Origin: an uncultured Methanomassiliicoccaceae archaeon
Lineage (GTDB): Archaea > Thermoplasmatota > Thermoplasmata > Methanomassiliicoccales > JACIVX01
Length of the DNA stretch: 64,000 nt
Reading direction: 5' to 3'
Assembly: GCA_964544915.1 (NCBI GenBank)
Contig: CAZJDY010000015.1
Coordinates: 1,248-65,247, forward strand
The translations under genes and the position numbers were made by a program. Under the pieces are notes generated by a model. The model was not told the DNA's origin and ran no database searches. It saw nothing but the letters and a program-made list of their open reading frames with translations. Shown one piece after another: positions 9,570-17,989 of the stretch (positions are counted from its first letter, which is position 1; every line of letters begins with the position of its first letter).

Positions 9570-10856
9570 TCAAAGCGCGATTCTGACAGCGAACATCACG
9601 ACGACCGCCACAATCGTCGCGACCGTCGTCAGCAACAAGGCGGTCCGGGACCTGGAGAACACATCCCTCGACATGGTCCTGGAGATGATTAGCTTGTTGA
9701 GCGAACTTATCGCGCAGGCGATGAGAATCGTCTCCGCAGCTATCCAAGGGTCTATCTGTCCCGTCACTGTGAGCGTCGAGACAGAAGCGACCACTGCGGC
9801 TGATGAGATGAATCCCCCGATCGCAGCAAAATAGACTGCTTCGGCCCCGACATACTGATGGACCAGGATCGTCGCAGTGGAGACGACGACGAACATGATC
9901 CCGAACTTCAGGGCGGGGGCGATTGCAAATGGGGAGGTCACCTTCATCGGCTCCTTTTTCCCCAGTTCTACTTTCATCATCAGGCCCATGCCCATCCCGA
10001 GGGCGCTTACTATGAGGAGCGGTAGGGCGATGATGCCGGCTGTTGAGAGAGTCTGGTCTGCGAACAAGCAGACCACGAGGTTTCTGATGAACATGGTCGC
10101 GTTCGCGAGCACGACTCCTGATGCTGCGGCGCTAACGATTCCTTTCCTCTCGTTAGCTAGGCTGCAGATCGAAGCGGTCGCTGCCTCGGAGTTCACGAGC
10201 CCACCGAGCAGACCGGAGAACCTCAGGCCGCGGGACGGCCCCTTCCAACGAACTATCAGGAATGAGATGAAAGATATGGATGAGACAAATATGACGATCA
10301 GTATCGTGGTGCTGAGGTCGAGGGAGCCACCCCTTCCGAAGACGGCAAAGGGCCCGGTTAGGTGCAGTCCAAGGGCGAGTGGGTACAGGACGAAACCGAT
10401 CGTGATGAACTCGAGAGCACCGACTATCTCGCTCTCCGTCAGAAGCTGAGCGAACCTATGAAGATGCTTCTTCGATATCAGAAGGAAGGTCGTCGCGACG
10501 CTTAGCACTACCGCCTCCAGGATGTGATCGTATCCGATTAGGACGCCGGCTATGTACGTGACGATGAAGGCCAGAGGAGTGGTGAATCCGGGTATCTTAA
10601 GCTCGTACTGGATGTACAGCAATCCCATGGCGAAGGCCGCCACGATTACTAGCCCGACAATGACCAACTCGTCGAGATCGGGGTGCAGGCCCGCGAGATA
10701 CGAAAGGATGAATCCGCTCACCGAGATGAGCGGAAAGGTCCTTATGCCGGCCAGGACCATGTGTTCATCTCTATGATGCTCCCGCTCTAGACCTACGAGT
10801 GCTCCTACTGCGATGGCGACCAGAAGGTCATAGACGAAGGTCACCTCGCTAGCCAT
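9570..10856 (-). CDS. MgtC/SapB-type membrane protein with DUF4010-like C-terminal half
   Basis: 428 aa. N-terminal AVGALVGLEREHH...GIRTFPLI motif, polytopic throughout. Confidence 0.6.
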   Translation of the reverse strand: MASEVTFVYDLLVAIAVGALVGLEREHHRDEHMVLAGIRTFPLISVSGFILSYLAGLHPDLDELVIVGLVIVAAFAMGLLYIQYELKIPGFTTPLAFIVTYIAGVLIGYDHILEAVVLSVATTFLLISKKHLHRFAQLLTESEIVGALEFITIGFVLYPLALGLHLTGPFAVFGRGGSLDLSTTILIVIFVSSISFISFLIVRWKGPSRGLRFSGLLGGLVNSEAATASICSLANERKGIVSAAASGVVLANATMFIRNLVVCLFADQTLSTAGIIALPLLIVSALGMGMGLMMKVELGKKEPMKVTSPFAIAPALKFGIMFVVVSTATILVHQYVGAEAVYFAAIGGFISSAAVVASVSTLTVTGQIDPWIAAETILIACAISSLNKLIISRTMSRDVFSRSRTALLLTTVATIVAVVVMFAVRIAL

Positions 10857-10951
10857 CAGTGGTGGTAAGTGAGCTTATCGCAGATAATCTTTGTTTATCG
10901 AAACGATGGCGACCCCAGTTGACCCCTTCCTTCTTGGATGTTGGTAAAACA

Positions 10952-10959
10952 TTTATATA
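10952..10959 (+). promoter_or_regulatory. Candidate archaeal TATA box for the pyrophosphatase gene
   Basis: TTTATATA preceded by an A-rich BRE-like AAAAC, 46 nt upstream of ATG 11005. Confidence 0.35.
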
Positions 10960-11004
10960 GACACTTTAATTACGCCCCAAAAATCGGAGCAAGAAGGTCC
11001 GCTC

Positions 11005-13131
11005 ATGGATTCACTGATCTACGCAATTCCGGTCGCGGGCATCGTCGGACTGTTGTTCGCTGGTTACCTCACTTGGGACATATTCAAGAGGGACAAGGGA
11101 ACGCCAGAGATGAGAGTGATCGGGGATGCCATACGGGAAGGCGCGATGGCATACCTTGCCCGCCAGTATAAGACCATTGCAGTGATAAGCGTCATACTTG
11201 CCGTTGTAATCTCGATTGGAATTAGGGTTGAGGTCGGCATCGCGTTCATTCTCGGGGCCTTCTTCTCTGCTTTGTCGGGTTACATCGGGATGTATGTCTC
11301 AGTCAACGCGAACATCAGAACGGCAAGCGGAGCGAGAAGGACACTGAACGAAGCGCTCGTCATCTCCTTCAGGGGAGGGGCGGTATCTGGACTCGCCGTC
11401 GTGTCCCTGAGCCTTCTGGGAGTCGCGGGAGTCGTTTTCCTGTATGACTACTTCTTCGGGCTCAAGGACGCTCTCTTCTACGCGGTCGGTTACGCCTTCG
11501 GCGCAAGCTTCGCCGCTCTGTTCGCACAACTCGGTGGCGGTATCTACACGAAGGCTGCGGATGTGGCCGCCGATCTCGTCGGGAAGATCGAGGCTGGCAT
11601 TCCCGAGGATGATCCACGCAACCCTGCCGTCATCGCCGACCTCGTCGGTGACAATGTCGGTGATTGCGCTGGTCGTGGCGCAGACCTTTTCGAGTCCACG
11701 GCTGCTGAGAACATCGGTGCGATGATACTCGGTCTCTCTATCTTCCTGGCGACAGGCCAGACGCAATACGGTTGGGTCTTCTTCCCGTTGGTCGTCCGTG
11801 CGTTCGGTGTATTCGCAGCGATCGTCGGCATCATGTCCGTTCGGATGAGGAACGAGGACGAGAAGCCGATGAGCGCTTTGAATCGCGGTTATTACATCAC
11901 ATGCGTACTCGCGGCGATACTCTTCTACATCGCCGTTGATCAAATGCTAGGCAACATAGTCTACTTCTACTGCGGTCTAATCGGGATAGCCCTGAGCATC
12001 GTCATCGTCTACATCACCCAGTACTACACATCCGGCGAATGGAGACCGGTAAGAGAGATTGCGAAGGCGTCGGAGACCGGTCCCGCGACGAACATCATCA
12101 CCGGCTTCTCGGTCGGGTTGGAGACCGCTGCGATGCCAGTCATAGCGATCTGTGTCTCGTTGCTTGCAGCGTACGGAATTGGCCTGACGGCAGCGCCCGC
12201 TGGCGCGGTGTCCTTCGTATACGGTCTGTATGGGACTGCTGCAGCGACGATGGGCATGCTCGCCACTTGCGCGTTCGTACTCGCCGAGGATACGTTCGGA
12301 CCGATAACTGACAATGCGGGCGGAATCGTCGAGATGTCGAACCAGCCTGAGGATGTCCGCAGGAGGACCGATAGGCTTGATGCGGTCGGGAACACGACGA
12401 AGGCGCTCACAAAGGGATACGCGATGGGATCAGCTGCGTTGGCGGCATTCCTGTTGTTCGCGGCGTACTTCGAAGAGGTCGCGAAGCTGATGAACGACAA
12501 GCTGAACGCGGTCGTTCCCGGTTCGGGAACGCTTACCCTCGCGGACGTGTTTCACGTAGATATCGCGAGCCCGCCTGTGTTCGTAGGCGCGTTCATCGGG
12601 GCCATGCTAGTCTTCCTGTTCGCCTCTCTTGCGATCAGGGCGGTCGGTAAAGCCGCGTACGACATGATCGGCGAGGTCAGAAGACAGTTCAAGGAGATCC
12701 CTGGCATCCTGGAGGGCACGGCCAAGCCAGATTACGCGAAGTGCGTTGACATAAGTACAAGAGGCGCACTGAAGGCGATGGTCCTGCCTGGCATATTGCC
12801 TGTCGTCGTGCCTGTCGGTTTCGGTCTGATCCTGAGAATCCTAGGGTATACCGAGACGGTGCAGGCGGTCGGAGCACTCCTCATGGTTGGCACAATTGCA
12901 GGAGTGCTGATGGCCACCTTGATGAACAATGGAGGAGGTGCCTGGGATAATGCGAAGAAGTACATCGAGGCCGGGCACCATGGCGGGAAGAAAACGCCTG
13001 CCCATGCTGCAGCCGTTGTCGGTGACACTGTCGGGGACCCGTTCAAGGACACGGCGGGGCCGTCCCTGCATGTCCTGGTGAAGCTGCTCTCGACGATGAC
13101 CCTTGTCTTCGCGGCGCTGTTCGTTGTGTAA
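11005..13131 (+). CDS. hppA: Membrane-bound H+/Na+-translocating pyrophosphatase
   Basis: 708 aa. GGGIYTKAADVAADLVGK, DNVGDCAGRGADLFES, GGAWDNAKKYIE and VGDTVGDPFKDTAGPSL are diagnostic V-PPase motifs. Confidence 0.95.
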   Translation: MDSLIYAIPVAGIVGLLFAGYLTWDIFKRDKGTPEMRVIGDAIREGAMAYLARQYKTIAVISVILAVVISIGIRVEVGIAFILGAFFSALSGYIGMYVSVNANIRTASGARRTLNEALVISFRGGAVSGLAVVSLSLLGVAGVVFLYDYFFGLKDALFYAVGYAFGASFAALFAQLGGGIYTKAADVAADLVGKIEAGIPEDDPRNPAVIADLVGDNVGDCAGRGADLFESTAAENIGAMILGLSIFLATGQTQYGWVFFPLVVRAFGVFAAIVGIMSVRMRNEDEKPMSALNRGYYITCVLAAILFYIAVDQMLGNIVYFYCGLIGIALSIVIVYITQYYTSGEWRPVREIAKASETGPATNIITGFSVGLETAAMPVIAICVSLLAAYGIGLTAAPAGAVSFVYGLYGTAAATMGMLATCAFVLAEDTFGPITDNAGGIVEMSNQPEDVRRRTDRLDAVGNTTKALTKGYAMGSAALAAFLLFAAYFEEVAKLMNDKLNAVVPGSGTLTLADVFHVDIASPPVFVGAFIGAMLVFLFASLAIRAVGKAAYDMIGEVRRQFKEIPGILEGTAKPDYAKCVDISTRGALKAMVLPGILPVVVPVGFGLILRILGYTETVQAVGALLMVGTIAGVLMATLMNNGGGAWDNAKKYIEAGHHGGKKTPAHAAAVVGDTVGDPFKDTAGPSLHVLVKLLSTMTLVFAALFVV

Positions 13132-13142
13132 CCGGGAAATCC

Positions 13143-13170
13143 TTTCCCCTTTTCTCTTTTCCCTTTTCTT
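13143..13170 (+). terminator. T-rich tract after hppA (candidate archaeal terminator)
   Basis: CTTTCCCCTTTTCTCTTTTCCCTTTTCTT begins about 12 nt after the stop codon. Confidence 0.35.
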
Positions 13171-13210
13171 CATCCAGTATTATTCAATCCGAGGCTGAAC
13201 GGTCTCAAGA

Positions 13211-13219
13211 TTTAAATAA
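13211..13219 (+). promoter_or_regulatory. Candidate TATA box for the rpo7-spt4-DPCK-S24e-S27ae cluster
   Basis: TTTAAATAA about 40 nt upstream of ATG 13258. Confidence 0.35.
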
Positions 13220-13257
13220 GGGATGACGCATGCCCAAGTAGTCAAGAGGGCGTTCTA

Positions 13258-13821
13258 ATGTATTTACTTACGAATCGTGAGAGAGTGGTCAGGATTCCCC
13301 CGGACCGTCTTGGCGATGACCTTGATAAGGTGGTTAAGGAGCTTACCTGGGAATCTTACGAGGGGAAGATTGAAGGCAACGACTCGCTGACCATCCTCAT
13401 TCGGAACATCGAGCCCGTCGGGCTGGGCCGCGTGGTCCACGGGGACGGCGCTGTGTATCAGAAGGTCAAGTTCGATTCCTTGATATTCCGACCCCAGCTC
13501 CAGGAGGTCGTTGAGGGGACGATCTGTGAGGTAATGAAGTTCGGAGCTTTTGTAAGGTTCGGTCCTTTGGACGGACTGCTTCACATCAGCCAGATTATGG
13601 ATGACAGAATCGACGTGGACACCGACAACCAGAGGCTGATCGGGAAGGACACGAAGAGGGATCTGAGAATCGGGGACAAGGTCAGGGCGAGGATAGTCGC
13701 TCTGAGCCTGAACGAGCGGAGTCCCAGGGAGAGCAAGATTGGCCTCACGATGAGGCAGTCGGGCCTTGGCAAGTTCGAATGGATCGAGGAAGACCGCAAG
13801 AAGAAGGGTGGTGCCTCATGA
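13258..13821 (+). CDS. rpoE1: DNA-directed RNA polymerase subunit E' (Rpo7)
   Basis: 187 aa. N-terminal Rpb7 fold followed by an S1 domain (VEGTICEVMKFGAFVRFGPLDGLLHISQI). Confidence 0.9.
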   Translation: MYLLTNRERVVRIPPDRLGDDLDKVVKELTWESYEGKIEGNDSLTILIRNIEPVGLGRVVHGDGAVYQKVKFDSLIFRPQLQEVVEGTICEVMKFGAFVRFGPLDGLLHISQIMDDRIDVDTDNQRLIGKDTKRDLRIGDKVRARIVALSLNERSPRESKIGLTMRQSGLGKFEWIEEDRKKKGGAS

Positions 13822-14003
13822 AGGTCCAGAGGGCATGCAAGCACTGCAGTTACATAGTCGAGGAGGACACCTGTCCGCTGTGCGGGAACCCGACATCCGA
13901 TGACTGGCAGGGATATGTCATCATCATCGATCACACGAAGTCAGAGATAGCGAAGAGGATGGGTATCAATGTCAACGGCAAGTTCGCCCTCAGGGTCAGA
14001 TGA
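13818..14003 (+). CDS. spt4: Transcription elongation factor Spt4 (RpoE'')
   Basis: MKVQRACKHCSYIVEEDTCPLCGN...WQGYVIIID. ATGA overlap with the rpo7 stop. I use the internal ATG 13818 rather than ORF-track 13779. Confidence 0.85.
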   Translation: MKVQRACKHCSYIVEEDTCPLCGNPTSDDWQGYVIIIDHTKSEIAKRMGINVNGKFALRVR

Positions 14004-14043
14004 TCTCATAGTCCCCAAGAGAGGTTGGGCATTGCCGAATCAA

Positions 14044-14526
14044 ATGAGAGAACAGCTCAGGATGCCGTTCGGGAAGCTGATGGAAGAGAGTGATATGCTT
14101 AAGGAAATCGCGAACTGCCGTAGACTAGTGGCGGTCGGTGATGTCGTGTCGTTGACTCTCCTTCAGAATGGGGTCCAGCCAGACGTCCTCATATTCGACT
14201 ATAGGACCAAGAGGGACGAGATTAGCCTTCTCAAGGAAAGGGTCGAGGGCATGAACGGAGAAATGGTGGTCGTCAGCAACCCACCAGGACGCATCACGCC
14301 GGGGCTCGTCGATGAGGCGCGGAAGGCGATGAAGAGGAAGAGAAGGACGAAGATGCTGGTAAAGGGCGAAGAGGACCTCGCGGCCCTCGTGTGCGTAGCG
14401 CTCGCCCCTTCCGGGACATGTCTGGTGTACGGCCTCCCAGGCGAGGGCATGGTACTGGTCAAGATCGATAGAGAAACGTCGACTAGAGCGAAGTCGCTCA
14501 TATACGCGATGGAGGAGTTGAATTGA
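14044..14526 (+). CDS. DUF359 family protein (GTP-dependent dephospho-CoA kinase, archaeal type)
   Basis: LRMPFGKL...VAVGDVVS...DYRTKR...GEEDLAALV are DUF359-like motifs, in the conserved archaeal neighbourhood next to spt4 and S24e. Start is uncertain (13969, TTG 14032 or ATG 14044). Confidence 0.7.
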   Translation: MREQLRMPFGKLMEESDMLKEIANCRRLVAVGDVVSLTLLQNGVQPDVLIFDYRTKRDEISLLKERVEGMNGEMVVVSNPPGRITPGLVDEARKAMKRKRRTKMLVKGEEDLAALVCVALAPSGTCLVYGLPGEGMVLVKIDRETSTRAKSLIYAMEELN

Positions 14527-14963
14527 AGGTTGAGATTCAGAGCAAGAAGGAGAACGTGCTGCAGGAACGAACGGAAGTGCAATTCCAAGTGGACCACGAC
14601 GGGGAGCCGACCCCAACGCGGGATTCACTGAGATCAAAGATTGCGGAGCTCATGAACGTCCAGAAGGAGAGGGTCGTGATCGATCATCTCGACACCGAGT
14701 ATGGAAAGGGTGCGAGCGCGGGCTACTCGAAGGTCTACGCATCGGTCGAGGTCGTCAAGTCTCGGGAGAGCAAACACCAGCAGATTCGGCACGGACTGAT
14801 AGAGAAGCCGAAGAAGGAGAAGAAGGTCAAGGCGGCGAGGCCGACCCCGGCAGAGAAGAAGCCGGCAGAGAAGAAGCCCGTCACAGAAGAGAAGAAGCCG
14901 GCTACTGAGGAGAAGAAACCGGCCCCAGCAGAAAAGAAGCCTACCGCGGCGGAGAAGAAGTGA
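14523..14963 (+). CDS. rps24e: Ribosomal protein S24e with Lys/Pro/Glu-rich C-terminal repeat tail
   Basis: The N-terminal ~100 aa ([25 protein letters not shown]...) match S24e. The last ~45 aa are EKKPA-type repeats. Confidence 0.85.
   Translation: MKVEIQSKKENVLQERTEVQFQVDHDGEPTPTRDSLRSKIAELMNVQKERVVIDHLDTEYGKGASAGYSKVYASVEVVKSRESKHQQIRHGLIEKPKKEKKVKAARPTPAEKKPAEKKPVTEEKKPATEEKKPAPAEKKPTAAEKK
14803..14960 (+). repeat. In-frame tandem GAGAAGAAGCC(N) repeats encoding (A/T)EKKP units
   Basis: gcagagaagaagccg / gcagagaagaagccc / gaagagaagaagccg / gaggagaagaaaccg / gcagaaaagaagcct / gcggagaagaag, read directly. Confidence 0.8.
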
Positions 14964-14974
14964 GGAGTGTTACA

Positions 14975-15127
14975 ATGCCAAAGAAGGATTACTATGAGGT
15001 CAAGGACGGCAAGGTGGAGAGGAAGCGTAGACACTGCCCGAAGTGCGGCCAGGGAGTGTTTCTGGCGGAGCACGGGGACCGGATTTCCTGCGGAAGATGC
15101 GGCTACACCGAGTTCAAGAAGAAGTGA
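14975..15127 (+). CDS. rps27ae: Ribosomal protein S27ae
   Basis: Own translation (below the ORF-track size cutoff): [50 protein letters not shown]. Zn-ribbon S27ae. Confidence 0.9.
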   Translation: MPKKDYYEVKDGKVERKRRHCPKCGQGVFLAEHGDRISCGRCGYTEFKKK

Positions 15128-15163
15128 AGTCAGATTGGATTGGACCATACCATCATCTTTACT

Positions 15164-16765
15164 TCAGTCGTAGAACCGGCGTATAGCATAACCCGTTATG
15201 CTTCCGATTATTCCCATTTTTATCCCTTCGACTAACCCGATTATTACTGATTTGAAGACTGGGTCGGTCATCGGGAAAACATACCCAGAGTACCAGAGAG
15301 CAAATTGGAGTACAAGGGCAATTGGTACGCTGATTATAAGAGCCACGCCCACGCCAAGAACAAAACTAGCTATTCCAGCTTCAGAACTCCAAGCGATGAG
15401 GGCTGTGATCGCGCCTAAAATCCCGACATAAACAAGATACCCTGTGGTCCCTCCGAAAATACTTGCAGAATCCTCGCTAATAAATACGGCGGAGACAGCA
15501 ATTCCAACGAAGGCTCCAGCGACGAGAACATATAGGGTAATCTTCCTTGCATTCTGAATTCTCTTCCAGTTGAACGCTATCATAAGTGCGATTGATTCAC
15601 CTATTGCCGCGAGTCCAACGATAAACCATCCTATTTTGCTCCCAAGAATGATGTCCGTGTTATCGATAACCAGTAGATGATTTGAGTCGTAACCGACAAC
15701 GACTGATGCGCCGAAATCAGTGATGACATTCGTACAGACATCTCCGACTTTCGCTTCCCAGATCGGAGAGCTCCTGCCACCCCTATATGCTAGGATACTC
15801 TCTTTCGTCGAAACGAAGATGCTGCTGACTGCTGTCGGAGCTGTATAGGATGTGAGATCGTCTTTGGACACCTTCACCGAAACACCCTCGTTCGAAACCT
15901 CTAGTATATCATTACCAGATCTCACGAAGATCGATTCGATTTGTTTCTGTAGCTTCAGGTCGGTGCAGTTCCCCGGCAGATCCTTCTCGAGAATTGTCTG
16001 GATAGAATCTGATCTGTAGACGGATAATCTTGTCGGGTCGTGGCCCGAAAGGACAGCTAGACGGAGGCCAGTATTGGTCAGAACGATCTCCCTCACCCGC
16101 TCTCCAACATGGTAGATCCTTGTTGGAGTGCTCACAGATCTGCGAAACATGTACAACGAGTTATTTTCTAGGGCCATTGCGAAATGATGGGTGCTTTCGG
16201 ATCGGGCGGTCGCAACGACAAGTGATCCAAGGTCCTTGGTCCATTCTACTCCTCCGTCGGTGGAGATGGAGAGGACAACCACACTCGTGCTGGTTGAGTT
16301 ACTTGATAGAAGAACCACTTGTTCTGGAACGTAGCCTCTACTTGCGTACCCCTCGGTTATACCAATTAGTCTTATCGATCCATTCAAGTTGACTGAGAAG
16401 TGTGGTGTTGTCTGTCCTGGTTGGTAGTAGTGGATGACACCATCTTGGGTGACTATCGCTACAGCATCAGTCATATCTGCTATGCAGGCCCCCGTCACAT
16501 TGGTGCTGAGATCGTATTTCATAAATCCGCTAGGTGACGATAGTCGGACGCCGTCATCGGAGAGAATCAGTAGAGTGTCGGAGTAGGACTGCTGAACTTC
16601 TAGTATGTTGAAGGATGTGATTTGGATTTCAGCAGCTTTGTCCTCGATTGTATAACTGACCGTATACCAAGCGATTAGAAGGTCGGCCACGATGAGGATG
16701 ACGACAATCCCTGCTATGAAAATCCACTTCCTTTTCCTGATGACGTTCCGAAACCGAACCATCAT
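15164..16765 (-). CDS. Membrane protein: N-terminal anchor, ~380-aa extracellular beta-rich (propeller-like) region, C-terminal multi-TM block
   Basis: 533 aa. Hydrophobic segments at residues ~13-35 and the last ~150 aa. No family recognised. A+T-richer than the backbone (28/60 G+C in line 15601-15660). Confidence 0.55.
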   Translation of the reverse strand: MMVRFRNVIRKRKWIFIAGIVVILIVADLLIAWYTVSYTIEDKAAEIQITSFNILEVQQSYSDTLLILSDDGVRLSSPSGFMKYDLSTNVTGACIADMTDAVAIVTQDGVIHYYQPGQTTPHFSVNLNGSIRLIGITEGYASRGYVPEQVVLLSSNSTSTSVVVLSISTDGGVEWTKDLGSLVVATARSESTHHFAMALENNSLYMFRRSVSTPTRIYHVGERVREIVLTNTGLRLAVLSGHDPTRLSVYRSDSIQTILEKDLPGNCTDLKLQKQIESIFVRSGNDILEVSNEGVSVKVSKDDLTSYTAPTAVSSIFVSTKESILAYRGGRSSPIWEAKVGDVCTNVITDFGASVVVGYDSNHLLVIDNTDIILGSKIGWFIVGLAAIGESIALMIAFNWKRIQNARKITLYVLVAGAFVGIAVSAVFISEDSASIFGGTTGYLVYVGILGAITALIAWSSEAGIASFVLGVGVALIISVPIALVLQFALWYSGYVFPMTDPVFKSVIIGLVEGIKMGIIGSITGYAIRRFYD

Positions 16766-16900
16766 GACCAGTATCCCGCCGCCACTTCATATTCTTATTC
16801 CATACCTCTTAGGTTTTCATTATGAAAATTGTTAAAGTCTCAAGGTTTTTCAAATGACGTCAATCGATTCCACATCATGATCAATCCAGTCGGGACAAGC

Positions 16901-16906
16901 TTTATT
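16901..16906 (+). promoter_or_regulatory. Candidate TATA element for the tRNA gene
   Basis: TTTATT centred about 29 nt upstream of tRNA position 1 (16933). Confidence 0.4.
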
Positions 16907-16932
16907 GTGGACTTCAACTATCCCTTGGTCGC

Positions 16933-17056
16933 GGGCCTGTGGTGTAGCTTGGACATCACAGAGGCCTCCGGTGGTTTCTGTGCGAAGCCGAAGTGAGCCT
17001 CAGACTCGGGTTCGAATTCCCCAGCAAGGGGGACGAAAATCCCGACAGGCCCGCCA
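16933..17056 (+). tRNA. tRNA-Arg(CCG) with two putative introns and encoded CCA
   Basis: Hand fold: acceptor GGGCCTG/CAGGCCC, D arm GTGT..TCAC, anticodon stem GAGGC/GCCTC, loop CTCCGG..A (anticodon CCG at 16968-16970), T arm TCGGG-TTCGAAT-CCCGA, discriminator G, CCA. The fold requires removing 16972-16995 (position 37/38) and about 17018-17040 (T-loop/T-stem junction). Confidence 0.75.
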
Positions 17057-17057
17057 C
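17040..17057 (+). repeat. attL: 18-bp direct repeat TCCCGACAGGCCCGCCAC (3' end of the tRNA)
   Basis: Exact second copy at 34515-34532. Confidence 0.85.
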
Positions 17058-17159
17058 TGTCACCATCCAGCAAGTGCTAGATTTTCGTCAATAACGGCCT
17101 TCCGTGCAAATCGAAAGCTGCTGACAAACCCCTTTCTTTTTTCTTTTAATAAGCAGAGG

Positions 17160-17336
17160 ATGGGGAGAAGACGATCTACACAAACTCTCTCGATTATGGA
17201 TATTTTGTTGGAGCTGAGTAGTAGGGAGTATGCTGGCTATCCTAAGAAGATGTCTAACACCCCAATATCAGACATGTTAGACTTGAACATCTGGCTATCT
17301 CTAACATCGAATTTCGGAATAGAATTAAGGATGTGA
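17160..17336 (+). CDS. Small hypothetical protein (58 aa), possibly wHTH-like, coupled to the next HTH gene
   Basis: ATG 17160, in the distal part of ORF-track 16905-17336. MGRRRSTQTLSIMDILLELSSREYAGYPKKMSNTPISDMLDL... Its stop overlaps GTG 17333 of the next ORF. Confidence 0.35.
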   Translation: MGRRRSTQTLSIMDILLELSSREYAGYPKKMSNTPISDMLDLNIWLSLTSNFGIELRM

Positions 17337-17545
17337 AAAACATGGAATTGCCTCCCGGATGGGGAAATGTATGGAGCGCTAAGAAAGTTGATCGCATGCG
17401 GTTAGGTCCGTGCATAACCAGACTGTACCGGCTCGGACACTCAGAACGAGAGATCGCAAGAATACTCAAGATAAGTCCGTCAAGCGTGCATCGATATTTG
17501 GCACTGGTGAAAGCGTACGATGAATCGAGGAATACTTCAAAATGA
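17333..17545 (+). CDS. Small HTH DNA-binding protein (island regulator or excisionase candidate)
   Basis: 70 aa. C-terminal LGHSEREIARILKISPSSVHRYL is a typical helix-turn-helix. Confidence 0.6.
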   Translation: MKNMELPPGWGNVWSAKKVDRMRLGPCITRLYRLGHSEREIARILKISPSSVHRYLALVKAYDESRNTSK

Positions 17546-17567
17546 CCGCTATCGCTTCAAAAAGTGC

Positions 17568-17634
17568 GTTATTCGGTCGCTATCATTCGTTATTATCTGG
17601 ATGTGAAAAATGGTCGAAATAATGTCCGAATAAC
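17568..17634. repeat. Inverted repeat GTTATTCGG ... CCGAATAAC with related internal half-sites
   Basis: GTTATTCGG at 17568-17576 and CCGAATAAC at 17626-17634. ATTCGTTATTATC and CGAAATAATG lie between them. A+T-rich non-coding gap 17546-17890. Confidence 0.5.
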
Positions 17635-17989
17635 CCGTTCAATACCCATCTAGATAACGGACTAAAATGAAGCGAAGCAGCCGCCAAAGAACGATAATCT
17701 AACGAATGTAAAGAATTGAATGAGCCCCAATCAACTTACGGTTAGTGACATCATGTGACACGGTGCAGGCTATTCACCTTTTTTCTTTCTCGAGGAACAG
17801 GGGTGGGCAAATCTCGCGCTCGATTATGTCTTAACGATGAGCCGCATGGTAAGAAGGGAATGAATCCGAATCGTATCTTTAGCGTTTAGACGCTTGATCC
17901 AGCAACCTTATAAGCCGGTTAGCAAGATTAAGGTGAATCTTCCGCACGCTTGGCTGGAGGAATTGGGGGGATTGCTGATCCGAGACCGT

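Noticed and set aside
11299-11943. Long antisense or alternative-frame ORFs inside hppA (also 11544-11834, 12024-12500, 12732-13173)
   Set aside because: These are typical shadow ORFs of a G+C-rich gene with Arg/Pro/Ser-rich low-complexity translations, and the sense frame carries all V-PPase motifs.
16905-17336. 143-aa ORF-track entry spanning the tRNA
   Set aside because: Its first two-thirds is the tRNA gene and attL read as protein. Only the distal ATG-initiated 58-aa part (17160-17336) is kept, at low confidence.
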